NCBI GenBank assembly: GCA_024679065.1
Contig: JAGIQG010000001.1
Location: 115,816,001-115,880,000 of the forward strand
Source of the DNA: Sphyrna mokarran
Lineage: Eukaryota
Length of the DNA: 64,000 nt
Reading direction: 5' to 3'
Below the pieces are notes generated by a model. That model ran no database searches, was not told the DNA's origin, and was given only the letters and a program-made list of their open reading frames with translations. The position numbers were made by a program, and so were the translations under genes. Below, piece by piece: positions 25,541 through 39,150 of this stretch; within the stretch, counting starts at the first letter, position 1; each line of letters starts with the position of its first letter.

Positions 25541-25874
25541 TACATGGAAAGTAGGCACTGACGAAAATCACAATCAATTATTTGGATTGTTTGCTCCTAC
25601 GCAGCTGATACATCAGACTGCAATGGAATGAATTTGTCACAATTGCTGTCCAGATACTGGGCAGCAGTGGCATTTTTCTCTATCTGTGGTGACACACTAA
25701 TTGGATGCTGAGGGAGTGAAACATCTTTCAGCTACAGTACAGTCCAGAGTTGTCATGCAGCACCGGCAAATTGATAACCTTACAGTCCATGGCACCTGCA
25801 ATCCAGGTAAATCTAGTGAAATCATTTTTTTTTCAACCTTTTACTTCTTTCAGCAAGAGAAAATAAAGGCTTGG

Positions 25875-26015
25875 CATCTCTGCAGTGAAGAAGGAGGTCA
25901 TTTGGCCCATTGATTTGCATCGACCCTCAGAAAGAAAAATCCAACTAGGTCCACCTCTCCACTCTATTCCCATATCCTTGCGCATTTATTACAGTCAATC
26001 CAACATACCCACACA
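25875..26015 (-). mobile_element. Degraded V-SINE tail A fragment
   Basis: gcagtgaagaaggaggtcatttggcccattgatttgcatcgaccctc. Confidence 0.6.
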
Positions 26016-27898
26016 TGAATGGATACTAACTGGTGACATCGCATGGCCAACAATGGACAGAAAACAGTAAGATCTTCAGCTCTAGTCTGGAAGAAGTGGG
26101 TTGCACTAAAGTTGATTGCCAGAATTACTTTCACTGGCCATGCAGTCCTGATTCTGGTCTGCAGTTGCAGTGAGGATGTCCTTACTGAACTGAATATATT
26201 TCCCACACTATTCTTTACTGAGATTCAGGCAGAAGAATTGCTCCCTGAACAGCCTGGGCAAATATGGTTGCTTGATGAACATTTTTTTTTCCCCTTCCTC
26301 ATACTTCCTCTTCCAGCAGTTTTGTCCTGCTGTGTGTGGCCTCTATTTAGCCTCTAGTCATGTTATATGTCAAGAGGAGTGTTTTCAAATGCAACGGCTT
26401 TGTTCAAAAACAGCAAAATCACTTGTAGTACTTGCCACCACACTTCTTAAAGACCTTCACATTATTAAGCAAGTGACTGTTGAAAGAATCAAACACTTTC
26501 AGAATCTAAGCAACAGCCAAATAAAAAAAAATTCAATCAACAACCAACACGTAAGTAGTTGATGACCCCCGCCCACCTTTTAAATAAAACTGGTGGTGGA
26601 TCTATCTTTCTGTTGAACGCAATTTAGTCATGTGATTTTAAGAGAGTATGTTGAGTTCCAACATGACACTACTGCTTTCAAATCAGCATTGCACTTTGAT
26701 TAATGTCACGATCTGTCTGCTCTACATACTTGCAGCAGATGTACACTGTGTGCGTGTTAATGGCCTCACCAGACTGGCAGTGGCTTGACTTGCTTCAAAA
26801 TTAGGTGCACATATTGTGAATTCCATTTTAAAAATCTAGAGGCCCTCATAGTGAGTGCAAAGAATTCCACTTTTCACACCTGTCCTTACTCCAACAATAT
26901 GCTTGTAGATCAAACTTTATTAGAAGATGTCTGTTAAGGCTCAGTGGGGAGCTGCACTGCACATTGTGGAGCCTGTCCCTTCACTAGTAAATCTTTGTAT
27001 ACATCTTTGCCACAAGTAGACTCAGCCCTCAATGTTTGCATTACTGACCTCAAGCATCTGCTCACATCCTCCCTATCCAGCATCCTTCCTGCTATCTTTC
27101 ACCTTTTGTAAACCTTCTCGAATTCTGGAAGGAAAACAGAAACAGACAACGCTGGGACAATTCCACAGGTCCAGGAGAACCTATAGAGAGAGAAATGGAG
27201 GACCGGATTCATCAATCTCACTTGCAGCTGAGATTCTCTGGTCCTGCCAAAGTGATTTGGCTGAATGTGAGCAGCCAGAGAATTCTGGCAAAGTTAATGT
27301 TTCAAGTCTGTATGACTTTTCTTCAGAGCTCCGTTTGCAGCATCCATTGTACTTTGCTTTGATCGCTCCAGAATTCTGTTACATGTATTTTGTTCATTAT
27401 TGAATTCCATTTGCCTTCTAGTCATTACTTTGCTAGAAAGCTTTCTGTCCCAGCATGTTAAATTTTAAATTCTCATTTTTATGTTTAAATCTCTCGTGGT
27501 CTTGCAATTTCCTTTGCAAGCTTCTTTAGGTGTAAACACCAACACACACCCACACCCACACCCACCCCCCTGGTCCCAGCCTCTCATCCTGTCCCAAACA
27601 CTTCAGTCTTCTATATACCTTCCCTGATAGCAACATTAGGGAGGATGCTGCCGGGATCCTATTCTCCTCAAAGTAAAAGTAATTGCTTACATCTTCCCAA
27701 TTTGCTTTGCTCTTTAACCCCCAAAGTACATTTATTTGCCCAAACTCTCCTCAAGCTCTCTTCTTAGTTCACAATCCTCACAATTATCCCTAATGTAAAA
27801 GATATCCAAAAGCATTTTAATGACACTAAAAATGCAAGCTGTTGCAACAAATGGAGAAAAACATAGCTAATGACAGGTTAAATAGATATAAATAAGTG

Positions 27899-28183
27899 CC
27901 ATGAATCCCACAGTACTGAAGGAGGCTATTCGACCCATTGAGTCTGTACCGACCACAATCCCATCCAGGCCCTACTCCCATAACCCCACATATTTACCTT
28001 GCTAATTCCTCCTGACCTAGGTTCAATTTAGCATGGCCAATCAACCTAATCTGCACATTTTTTGGACTGAAAGGGGAAACCGGAACACTTGGAGGAAAAA
28101 TATGCAGACACAAGAAGAACTTGCAAACTTCGCACAAACAATGATCCAAGGCTGGAATTGCTAACCACTGTGTGCCATTATGC
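27899..28183 (-). mobile_element. HE1-like V-SINE, tail A
   Basis: Tail and V-domain present; internal deletion in the head. Confidence 0.88.
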
Positions 28184-28564
28184 ACAGAGACATTCACAAA
28201 TAGTAATACATTTTACAACTCTAGTGCTGTTCGATATGAATTCAATATTACATGTTACAGGTAGGTTAACATTTACATAGAAGTGTGGGATATAATCTGA
28301 TAAATGATTTTATTTATTTTTGGTATGGTCTTGCTGCAGTTTCTATGCTAATTGATTATTATTTGAAATGGTTAGATGTGTTTGTTGTTGAACATGTAAG
28401 GGTTGTGCAAATCGGAAACTTTAAAGACCTAGACCCCATTTTGAAACTGCCGAACATCACCGAGTGAAATTCAAACTGAGCAACTCAAGGTAAATTTTGC
28501 TAGTCTCTAAGAACACAATGTTTCAGAAATGAAGAATGCATTATCAAACTAGGAAAAACAAATA

Positions 28565-28698
28565 GGCTAGGATTATCTGGTCTAACCAGCAGTGAAACCA
28601 GAAATTCCTATTTAAACTCAATGGAGTTTGTGGCTTGCCACATTTTCTGGTCACCTCTGTGAAAATTTCCATCTCCAGTGGGTCTGGAAAATCCAGCT
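28565..28698. mobile_element. MITE (Harbinger-type ends)
   Basis: ggctaggattatc ... gaaaatccagct; similar in size and ends to 5060-5195. Confidence 0.5.
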
Positions 28699-28874
28699 GT
28701 TGTTCCTAATTAGAACAGATTCAGACATCAACCGAAATCTTCTCTCATGTGCAGTTGCAACAAAAGGTTTCTTCTTCAATGTTGCTGCATTTTTCCTCTC
28801 ACGTTCTTAGGGTATTCTGAGACAATTGTATCAAGTTGTTACCCCTAGTTTTCCATTTGATTTTCATTGATTAG

Positions 28875-29166
28875 GGAATATAAAACATAGGAGTACAGTC
28901 TGAGGATAAGATGAAAATCATTTAGGACTGAGATTAGATATTTCTTCATTCAATGGGTTGCGAGTCTTCACGATTATTTAGCCCAGACAGTTGAGGATGC
29001 TCCCATTTGGTGTATATATTTCAGACTGGAATAGACAATTTTTTGGCCTTACCAGAAGTTAAGAGATATGGGGAGGGGGCAGGAAAACAGACTTGAAGTC
29101 AAAGAGCAGATATGATCATATTGAAAATTGAAAACAGTCAGTGGGCTGTGTTGGTATGTTCTTATA
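28875..29166 (+). mobile_element. CR1 LINE 3' end
   Basis: catttaggactgag..tttcttcattcaatgggttgcgagtctt..gagatatggggag. Confidence 0.75.
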
Positions 29167-30097
29167 GAAAATCAGAATCAAATACAATTTTCTCGACATC
29201 ACTCTTTCAATATCTTTAATAGTAAGATCTAGGTTTTCCAACCCAAGTTTTACAGTGTGTAATGTGGTCATATGATTCCACCATCAGAATAATCAACTTC
29301 TTACTTCTGGGTGTATCAGATCTTATTGTGAATCACAAGTAATCATAGATAAATTTCTGTGGTTTAAAAAACATCAGAAAAACAATAAAGCAAATTTTGG
29401 TTACCCAGTATTTAGGAGTTTCATGCTACTCTGGTAGTTGTAACAAAATAATCAATGCATATAAAATAGGAAGAATAATTTGTTTAACAATTAGATATTA
29501 TTTTCATTCATTGGTAACCTACTCTGTTCTTGCTTTTGTTGCACATTTTATTCACAAAAATGTGAAAAATTGTAGACTACAACCCCACTTATAGTGTTTG
29601 ATAACTATAACAAGGGAGCTCTGAACTCCAGTTCAGAACCAATGTTAACACACGCATTGAAAGGAAAAATGAGTGTACAAAAGTACAGGGTAGTTTGAAG
29701 CACCAGAGTGTGGATACCTGGTGAGACAATATCTTGGAAGCATAATCTTCATTAACTATTGTGTCAGAATACTTTAAAAATATGAGGGGGGGGGAGGGGA
29801 AGCAGAAACTCTGAGCAAGAAATCTTTTGTTGCAACTGGATGTGAGAAAAGGTTTTGGATGAAATCAAAGTCTGTTCCATTTAGATACTATGGCTGGAAT
29901 TTCTAGACTCTTGGGAGCGCACTGTTCCCTGAGTAAACTAGCAGCTACTAAACAAGGTTATGGTTGATGTACAGCTATCCCTCAGTTTCCCAGTGATGCA
30001 CACAAATTGGGATTTATTGCAGAGTATATGGATTTGTAGTTTGCATGAAGTGAGGATGAACCAATGCTGCTGTAACCCAAATTACTTGCATCTATTT

Positions 30098-30450
30098 TCT
30101 AGGAACATTGGAACAGGAGCAGGCCAGTTATTTCCTCATGCTTCTTCCACAATTCAATTAGATCATGGTTGATCAGAAAACTAATTCCATCCTCATGCCT
30201 ACATTTGTGAGTACTTCTCGATACAAAAATCCAACAATGACTCATTTAAAATTAGCAATTCACTTGGCATCAATTACTATTTGCAGAAGAGAATTTCAAA
30301 CTTTTATCACATATTGTATGAGAAAGATTTTCCTATTCTCATTCCTGAAAGCTATGGCTCTAATTTTACGTCATGAACTTCCCAGTCAATGGATTTTATT
30401 CACTCACCTTATTTATTCCCCTTAATATCTTGAACATTTTGATCATGTCA
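30098..30450 (-). mobile_element. CR1 LINE 3' end
   Basis: ggaacaggagcaggcc..attcaattagatcatggttgatc..gagaatttcaaacttt. Confidence 0.7.
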
Positions 30451-30660
30451 CCTGTTCTTCCTGTCCAAATAAATAAATCAAAATCTTTCATAATTTTGAA
30501 ATTTCTTTTGGAATTTTTAACATTCCCTAGTCTAGTGGGGGAAAAAGATTTGTGTAACAAAATGTCTCAATCTCTCTGTTCCTCTATACTGTTTAAAGTT
30601 TTATTTTTCCCTTTCAACAGCCTATTCACAATTGATACCGTTCAAACTGTTGCTTAATCT

Positions 30661-30954
30661 TTTGAAGTATTTTTAATTTGAGTCACAAGTGGGTTTTTCA
30701 TTGTACGATCAAGTTATTGTGAAAATCTTCTGGTCGCCACACTCCAACCCCTTTTTGGGTGAACAGAGGGAGAATCTAACATAGCCAATGCACCTAAACC
30801 AGCACGTCTTTCAAACTGTGGAAGGAAACCGAAGCACTTAGAAGAAACCTATGCAGACACGTGCAGATCCGCACAGACAGTGATCCAAGTTGGGAATTGA
30901 ACCCAAATCCTTAGTGCTGTGAGGCAGCAGTACTAACCACTGTGCTATCGTCCC
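30661..30954 (-). mobile_element. V-SINE, tail type B
   Basis: gtcacaagt..aagttattgtgaaaatc..gtcgccacactcc..gtgaggcagcagtactaaccactgtg. Confidence 0.85.
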
Positions 30955-33078
30955 TCATCACAATTAATCTTCTTACCTTCTTTGGGTCTACAGAACTTAG
31001 TATACATTATACCCAAGTCCAGATCATTTATTATTAAGGGCAATGGTCCTAACACTGACCTTGAAAGACACTATTGCATACTATCACCCAGTATGAAAAT
31101 TTTCCATTAACTACTATCCTCCCTTCTATATTTTGATAAACCTCATATCTATGTTGTTACATTCTCTTTAATTCAATTCATTTTAATTTCTTTGTATCTG
31201 AATTTGCAATATGTACTGATGCAGACAAAATCCCCACAGGCTAGCGATGGAGACTTCTCAATGCATATAGTAGTTTTCAATTTTCTGTTCCAAAATAATC
31301 AAAGAAAGATTTCTTTTCTTCTATTAAATATCAGAGTAGCATGAACAAACATGATTTTTTTTAAATTTGCATTTGAACGGCTAGTGTTTAAAAGTTAACC
31401 CCAAATTCCAATTTGACTTCGTTGAATTGTGAGCATTCATGCTTAATATCAATGCTGGAATAATATGAACAGTTTAATATTCTGATACTTTCTTAAGTTA
31501 GCCCCAGTAATAATTTATGTTTGTGTACTCCACATGACCTTTAACATATATGCATACCCATAACAGATAATTGTACACTGAAATAGTTATAATGCATATC
31601 ATAATATTTTGATAGGATGATATAGAATTGACTATATCATCACATGACTGAGTAAGTGACATCCATTCAATAAGCTTTACAGATTCCACGCTTGGGTGTA
31701 AATTTACAGGCAGGCACACCCAGTGGAAATGCACATTGAAACCCCAGGTGTATGTTGCACACTATCTTCTGAATCTTTATATTAGAGATCAGAATATTAT
31801 ACATGTTGTGCATCTAAATTTCTGCTCCCAGAAGTCAGAAATTAGGAGCAATTTGATGTTATTTGCCTCTTCCCAGCTGAAACATTTGTCCGAAATAATT
31901 TAACTTAATGGGTGTTCAGCCCAATAATGGGTTCAGACCGAAGTCCCAATAGCCAGCGAGCAATGCCGAACTATTGCACCATCCAGTTCACTTGAAGTCA
32001 TTATAGTATAAAATGGTCCAGAGAAAAGTATCATTTGTCATTGTCAGTTTTTGTTTCCCTTTCACTATATCTGAGCCAGATTGCAGTCAATTTCACAGCA
32101 CTGGATGAGATGTGGAAGAAGCAATCTTTGTAGAAAAAAGCAAAATTACCTAATAGTAGAGCTCATTAAATTATTTAAACAGTCTTCAAAATAGTAATTC
32201 AAAGTAACGTTCAATGAACATTCACAATCAGGTTCCAAATAAAGAATAATAATACATGCATCACTGCTTCTTAGTTGGGGAGAGTGTCTTGCAAAAAAAA
32301 TGTGATAAGAAACCTTACTTTCACCATTCAGTAATATTGTAATATATCCTGGAGCTCATTATCACCATTATGTTATGTTAACTAAAAAGAATCACTTTAC
32401 CCTGTTGATTAAAATCATACTTCAAGAAGTTCTTCATGGTTATAAGCCTGCCCTTTGAACATCAGAGCATTTCCATTATGGATTGCGGCCTAATAAACAA
32501 GATGCATCTGCCTAATTACAACTTGATGTAGAACTGTTGTAAAGAAAGTAGGGGTAAATCCACATGTGGTTTCATCATCCTTTTAATAATTACTGATTTA
32601 TTATGCATATTCATTAAAATATGCATGGTCATGCCCCAAGTAAGTGCAATGAACTAGCACAATGAACTGAACCTTTCTTTCAGAAGCACATTAATGAGGG
32701 AGACGTATACTGAATGCTGATTTTCACTGACCTACACTATTGTATGGGCATCAACCCAAAGAATACAGAGCTGTTCCATTACTCTTTCGTGCTACTCTTC
32801 AAAACATATTTCCAGTACTCCTGTCAATTGTCCTACACCTACACTCTTGATCAGGATAAAGTTATTTATCCTCAAACTGACATTTTCAGCTAGTTTGGAC
32901 GCTATTTTCACATGAAGTGGATGGGGTATAAAGTGCACATTGACAAAAATGCAAACTCAGCTGGGCCATTTAAACTCAGTACACAGAATAAGCCATCCAA
33001 AGATGTGCGGCTTAGTTTGATTGACAATGTAAAATTTCCCCTTAGTGTCAAAGAGATTAGCAAAATATTTATATTTTA

Positions 33079-33404
33079 GGAAGGCATGGTAGCACAGTGG
33101 TTAGCACTACTGCGTCACTGCACCAGGGACCCAGGTCTGATTCGGCTTTGGGTCGTTGTCTGTGCAGAGTCTGTACATTCTCCTCATGCCTGAGGGGATT
33201 TCCTCCAGGCGCTCCGATTTCCTCCCACAGTCCCATGATATGTGGGTTAGGTGCATTGGCCATGCTAAAATTGTCCCTTTGTGTCAGGGAGACTAGCAGG
33301 GTAAATATATGGGGTTTGGGGATAGGGCCTGGGAGGAATTGTGGTCGGTGCAGATTCAATGGGTTGAATGGCCTCCTTCTACACTGAAGGCTTCTATAAT
33401 TCTA
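33079..33404 (+). mobile_element. HE1-like V-SINE, tail A
   Basis: Full-length copy, preceded by a separate V-SINE body fragment at 32995-33065. Confidence 0.92.
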
Positions 33405-34107
33405 AATATTCACTCCAGGAATGGCCTCAACCCACAGTGCATATTTCATGACTTCATTGTGGAAGCTTAAGTGTTCATGAAGGTTGGACAAGGTGTGAAG
33501 AACTGACAAGCCATCAAGTTATTAAATCCCTGCTCTTTAATGTTTTAAGAAATCTGCTTGCCTGCATCTCAGAGTGAAAAGAAAGTGATTTCAGCAGTTT
33601 CAGTGTATGTTTGTTGACATAATCTTAAGGACAATCGTTAAAGCATTATTACTGCATGACTGCTTCTAAACCTGTCATGATCATAGTGTGGAGGGGGCTA
33701 CAAGTTCAGTTTTATTGACAGCTTCAAGACGTTATTAAAGGATTAGCTGTCTTTGACATGAGGCTATGAATAGCAATTGTTCATTTTTATAGTGGATTGA
33801 GTTGGCATAGAGACTACAAGGGGCCATGAGTGAAATCATGGATGAACAAGAATTGGATGGTTTGGAGCATGACGAGTAGGGGAATAGATGTGAGGGGTGA
33901 CAGTCAGAGGACTGGTATAAAACAACAGAACTGGGACTAAGTACCAGAGAACTGAGACAAGCATTTTAACGAGCCTGCTTCAGCACTTAGCAATCCTTGT
34001 AGCCATCACCATCTGGGTTGTGTGTGGGGGGAGGTAGGGTGACAGCAGCATGCATCCACACCCTTTTTCCTGAGGCAGGTGCATCGAACAAGGAAATTTC
34101 CTGATTA

Positions 34108-34255
34108 GGTAATGGCCTACAGGTATTATCACTAGACTATTAATTCAAAAACTCAGCTAATGTTTGGGGACTGGGTTCAAATCCTGCCACGGCAGATGGC
34201 GGAATTTGAATTCAATAAAAAAAACCTGGAATTAAGAATCTACTGACCAATATGA
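34108..34255 (+). mobile_element. Other tRNA-derived SINE, 5' part
   Basis: ggtattatcactagactattaattc..gggttcaaatcctgccacggcagatgg (B box)..gaatttgaattcaataaaaa. Confidence 0.65.
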
Positions 34256-34444
34256 ATTAATAAAACAAAACACCCACCTCTAAATGGTAACAATGTGCTT
34301 TTTTGATGATTCTTTCTTGAATCTGTCTCTATTTCTGCATTGTCAAGCTGCCTGACACTTTGATCATAAATTCCCTCCAGTTAAACATAAAACCTTTGGC
34401 CCCTGCAGCAAAATCCATTCCCAATTGTCAATTTAATCTCCATG

Positions 34445-34818
34445 ACAGGAGAGCAGATTGAGGTATGCAAGATGATAAAAGGCATTGATAAAGTAGACAT
34501 CGAGTGGATACATACTCTGGTGGAGCAAGGACAATAGCGAAGAAGAGTGGTCAAAGGATAAGGAATGGCAAATTTAAAACAGAGTTGAGGAGAAATTACT
34601 TCTCCCAAAGGACTGTGAATCTGTGGAATTGGCTACCCCAAATTATGGTGGATTCTGGGACAAATTTAAGGAGCAATTAGACAGATTTTTAATTGGTAAT
34701 CAGTTGAAGGCTTATAGGAAGAGGGCAGGAAAATGGGGATGAGGAGCAGATCAGCCAAGATGGAATGGTGGAGAAGACTTGATGGGACAAATGGCCTGCT
34801 TCTGCTCCAGTATCTTAC
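34445..34818 (+). mobile_element. CR1 LINE 3' end
   Basis: gattgaggtatgcaagatgataaaaggcattgataaagtagac..gaggagaaattacttctcccaaagg..aaatggcctgcttctgctcc. Confidence 0.88.
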
Positions 34819-37324
34819 GAACTCTGTAGCCACCGTTTGTTGCTGAACCAGATTATTCATGACGTCAGCATATTTGACTCTGAGATGAACTTCTAACCTT
34901 ACATTCCCTTTGCTAAGATTGCCATTTGCCTCGGCCTGAAATTCCCCAGCAACCCTCTCATCCTACTTCAAGACAATCCTTAAAACCTAGTTCATAAACA
35001 AAATCTGTGATTATCTGACCTTTGTTGTTTGGCATTTTCTTATTTGTTTAAAACATTTCTGTGAAGCATTGTAGGATATGGTACTATATTAAAACAATGG
35101 CATTAATGCAAGTTGTCGATGTTGCTGTCTTAGTGAATAAATGTAACATATGGAGTGACTCTTGAATTATAGGTAACAGGTACATCACTCAAGTTCAATT
35201 CATGGTCTCTACTGAGAGCACTCATCACAGCGTTCCTAGACTTTAAAGAGAGAAAAAAGAAATTGATCATTAAATTATAATTTCTGGAAAATGCATTTCA
35301 GAATTATTGTGTGATGATGGGATATTTAGAGTGGAGATTATTAGCACCAAGTTAACAAAGAGGCTATAGGGGCCAGCAGGATGAACAAAGGCCATGGGTT
35401 GTCATGGAATGTATTAGTGTCTATTGAGAATAGGTGACAGGTTTGGTATGGATGGAGTGTGAAAAGAGTGGAGGGGTGAGAGGATGAGAGCTAAAGGGCC
35501 TAACACAACAGTCCAGAGAACCAAGGCAAGCTTTTTAACAAATCTATTTTGGCTCCAGGCACTCATGTGGTCACCTCCAATCTGTGTTAGAGGGCATGGG
35601 GAGGCAACAGGCTTAGCTGCAGAATACATCACAACTACCCTCAAAACCCACCTGACCTCTGAATAAAAATTGTGCCGTTCAAAGCACATTTTCCATGAGG
35701 CAAGAAGTTTGCTGGGAAACTTCCCAATGTCAACTTTCAGCTAGAGTGCCCACAACAGTCACTGATTAGCTTCACAAGTGAATGAATTATTAGTCAAAAT
35801 ATTGCCTGCTTGATGACTTTATTCATGTTAAGGAGAGATGAGTTAATATGAAAAAAGTGAAAATAACCCTGCAATATTAAGATAACTATTAATAATAATA
35901 GCAAGTAACAAAGACAAGAAAAGACAATCAATCAAGCATGCATTAAACAATGCCTGTCCAAGCTCCATACTCTCCCAATCATTAGTTACGCTAGGGAAAT
36001 ATAAATGCAGCCACTTTCTTGAAAATCTTTCAGAAACTCTTTTCAACTCCCTTAAATAACCAAGGAGCTCCAAGAGATCACCATTCATTTATTGTACGTG
36101 CATATAATAATGAACCATTAATTTATGTTAATGAGCACTAAGCTAAATGAAGAGTACAGAAATACACATATGATGAGACAAATGACAACTTATCTAGTAG
36201 ATGAAACCAGAAAAAGCAGCAGAATGAAAAGGAAATCATCCTTAAAAAATTATCACTCCAACCATGTATTTTCCTGTTTTTTTATGACAAGCTTCAGGTA
36301 ATAACTGCTCCGTTCGCTAATATTACAATAGTCTATTCCTTACAGCTGAAGAGTTAGTTTCTAAATAAGGATATTTAGATTAATTATCATAAATTCATAT
36401 TTTATGCAGATAATTAAACATAGTGTTTTTAATTATTACGCAACTAAAACACTAATTAAACTACGTATTAAAAGGCAGGCTTGACAAAAATTAGCCAACC
36501 TACATCATCGTGCATCTGTTTGAAGTATCAGTTACATTTTCGCTCAACTGGAGAAACCATTAACCACACATCTTACAATGTGGAATAATTCGACATAACT
36601 AGCGGGGAAACTGCTTAAAGAGAGCTGAGATTGGGGCAAGGGTGAAATATTGCAAACCTAAATCTCTAGCCCACACTTCATGTGAATGAGGCTTCCTACT
36701 GCGAACAGGATTGCAGTTTTACTCCCTATATCGTCTAAGAGCTGTGATGTAGAAAATCATTTGGCTTTATTATCATTGGTTATCATACAAATGAGCTAAA
36801 GCAAAGAACGTAACCACGTTTGGAAACATTAATGGGATGTGAAGTTGGGGATTTGGCAAGAGTGGGGATTTGATGAGAATGGGGAATGAAGGTGCTTATT
36901 TTTGACTTTAATATTTAAGGTGGAAACAGTAAGTATCTATTAACAAAATAAGCAAAATAAGATGAGCCAAAGATATAGAACAAGGTCAATTTAACCAGGT
37001 TTAAATAAAGTATGAAATTTTCCAGTAACATTTGGCTAGATTAAATAATTCCTGGATCTAATACATCACAGGTAAGCAGTTTGGTGATCAGTTGGTCAAT
37101 ATTATATTTGCTCTCTATGGTGTAAGCGAGAATTCTAGAACTATCGTGCCTTCAGTCAGAGGGGTTGCAATTTGTGATCCTAAATGTGCATGGTCCATTA
37201 AGGAGTGAAGGATGTCAACTTTAAGACGTCTTACCTTTTTCATAGTTGTAGCGTCCTACTGAGTGTGGTTGTGATGCTGGCTGGCTGAACACTCAGCAGG
37301 GGACTCCCAGCAGTATGCAACTCT

Positions 37325-38460
37325 TAAAGACAGCACGTCTACCTGATTGCGAGGATGCTGCTGCTGATTTCTCTGCAGGAATTGGCCAGAAGGAAAAGCA
37401 CCCCATGTGGAAGAACAGGGGAGAGTGATGCCTTTCAGGAGGGTGATAGGAGGAGAGCAACCATTTATCAGCGGGGAGTCAGGAAGCCTCAAGAACAGAA
37501 GAGAAAGGGAGCAGGTGGCCAAGATACCAATTCATGAAGTCTGCCTGCAAGGACATGATTGCAGTGTTTTAAAATGTTCGTGACCATAGGTGAACACATC
37601 TTTAAAGGACAACTCTTACCTATCACTCCACATCATACTGCTATGCTGCCAATGCACGACAGCCTCATCACTCACCCAGCAGCTAGGTCACCTTTCACCC
37701 AAATACAACATGATTCACTCACTGAATTCATTTTCTCTTTCTTGAAAGACAAGGTGGCCCATAACGACAGGCTGCAAAGAAGAAGCGGAGAGGGGACAGG
37801 AATGCCTGGATCATTTCAACCTGTTGAAGGAGATACTACACTGCATCATTTTGGATCTGCTGCAATAGAGGCCATTGCATGCAGTGTTATTGAGGCTGTT
37901 CAGGATGACGGCAACTTCCTGAATTACAGCCCTTCTCAAATCCCACGTCAACCTAATCCTTTTATATGGCATGGAGTGTCATATGATGTTAGTATGTACC
38001 TCTTACTGTCCAACCCACATTGCATTCCCTCACTCCAACACTCCCTTTTGGAATTTCTGTTTTCAGACAGACAGGAACTGTTGTCCATCAATCACAGCAG
38101 CCTCAAAAAGAATGGAAAGAGCTATGCTCGATATGTGATAGAGAGAGATACAGTCATTTAATCTGACAATTGTAGATACCAACTCAGATGCCAGTACTGC
38201 ATGCACTTTAATGGGTAATCTAACTTTGGGACTTGCACATAGTGAGTCACTGATTACAGCCAGGTTTGGATAGTTGTTTGCCAGCTCCCTAGACAATAAG
38301 AATGCAGAGATTTAAGAGGACTTTAATGGAGTGAGTGACCTATGGGAAAGAACTGATGAAGGCACAAACCAAGACAGTTGGTGCATTGGCAAACTTGTCA
38401 GATAACCTCACATGACTGTCATGGAACATGGGAGAAGAATTGCCTCGGGCAGAATTAAGG
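37325..38460 (+). pseudogene. Harbinger-associated Myb/SANT-like DNA-binding gene remnant
   Basis: AADFS.., RT*LQCFKMF (compare RTxxQCxKKFNDL), then KVAHNDRLQRRSGEG (compare EKVAHNxRExxRTGGG); disrupted. Confidence 0.7.
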
Positions 38461-38749
38461 CCACAGTCATGAATGATTTGAAAGGCAATGCCAATTGGTG
38501 GGTGAAATGGCTTACAGCTGCTCCAAATTGTTATGTTGTTATACATTCATTGGCCTTGCATGATGAGGAGGGAGAAGGATTCATCAGCCATGTGCATGGG
38601 ACACTGCCTTTATCTCTCAGCAGCTATCATTTGCTTCTTTCTGATAGCCTAAACACTGTGGGAATGGCAGACTGCTTCAGGACAAAGGCATCATGGCTGC
38701 TGGCAGGATAGTGCGCATTCACCAAACGTATCAATTGCATATCACTTGA

Positions 38750-39150
38750 TCAGAACCAGTTATGGTTCTGGTACATTTTGTTGTGACACTGTGGTTCACA
38801 CTATACCTATGCCATTAGGCATTCTGTTGCCCTGGCAAAACCAGGCTCTCACTCATTCTGTTTCTCTCTGGTGAAATAGAAAATCACGAGTCATTTCTCC
38901 TCACATGCAAAGCTTTTGTCATCTCCCTGATAGAGCAATGCAAGCTGTGAGATGTTTACAATATCGCCTGCTCTTGCCTAGAAGAATCTGGTTGTGAAAA
39001 AGTTGAGCGACGGAGACCTTGATGGCCACCGGAAATGCCATCCCGACACTGCCCTGATTGTGATATTGCAGGTTCTTTCGAAGAAGCTGGCACGAAATTA
39101 GTGACTAATTCCTTGGTGAATGTCAGGCACCTTGAGTGAGCTGAAGGCAA
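38750..39150 (-). pseudogene. PIF/Harbinger (HARBI1-like) transposase remnant
   Basis: Frameshifted RCLTFTKELVT, AFPVAIKVSVA, LNF/TTRFF*ARAGDI (compare ALPVAVKVTxALNFFAxGSFQxxxGDI). Confidence 0.75.

Noticed and set aside
26272-26562. 96-aa ORF ending near a gtaagt donor-like site
   Set aside because: No recognisable protein similarity and no partner exons.
37559-38161. Longest ORF (200 aa) as a functional gene
   Set aside because: Starts at a non-ATG codon and reads through probable introns of a decayed Harbinger Myb gene.
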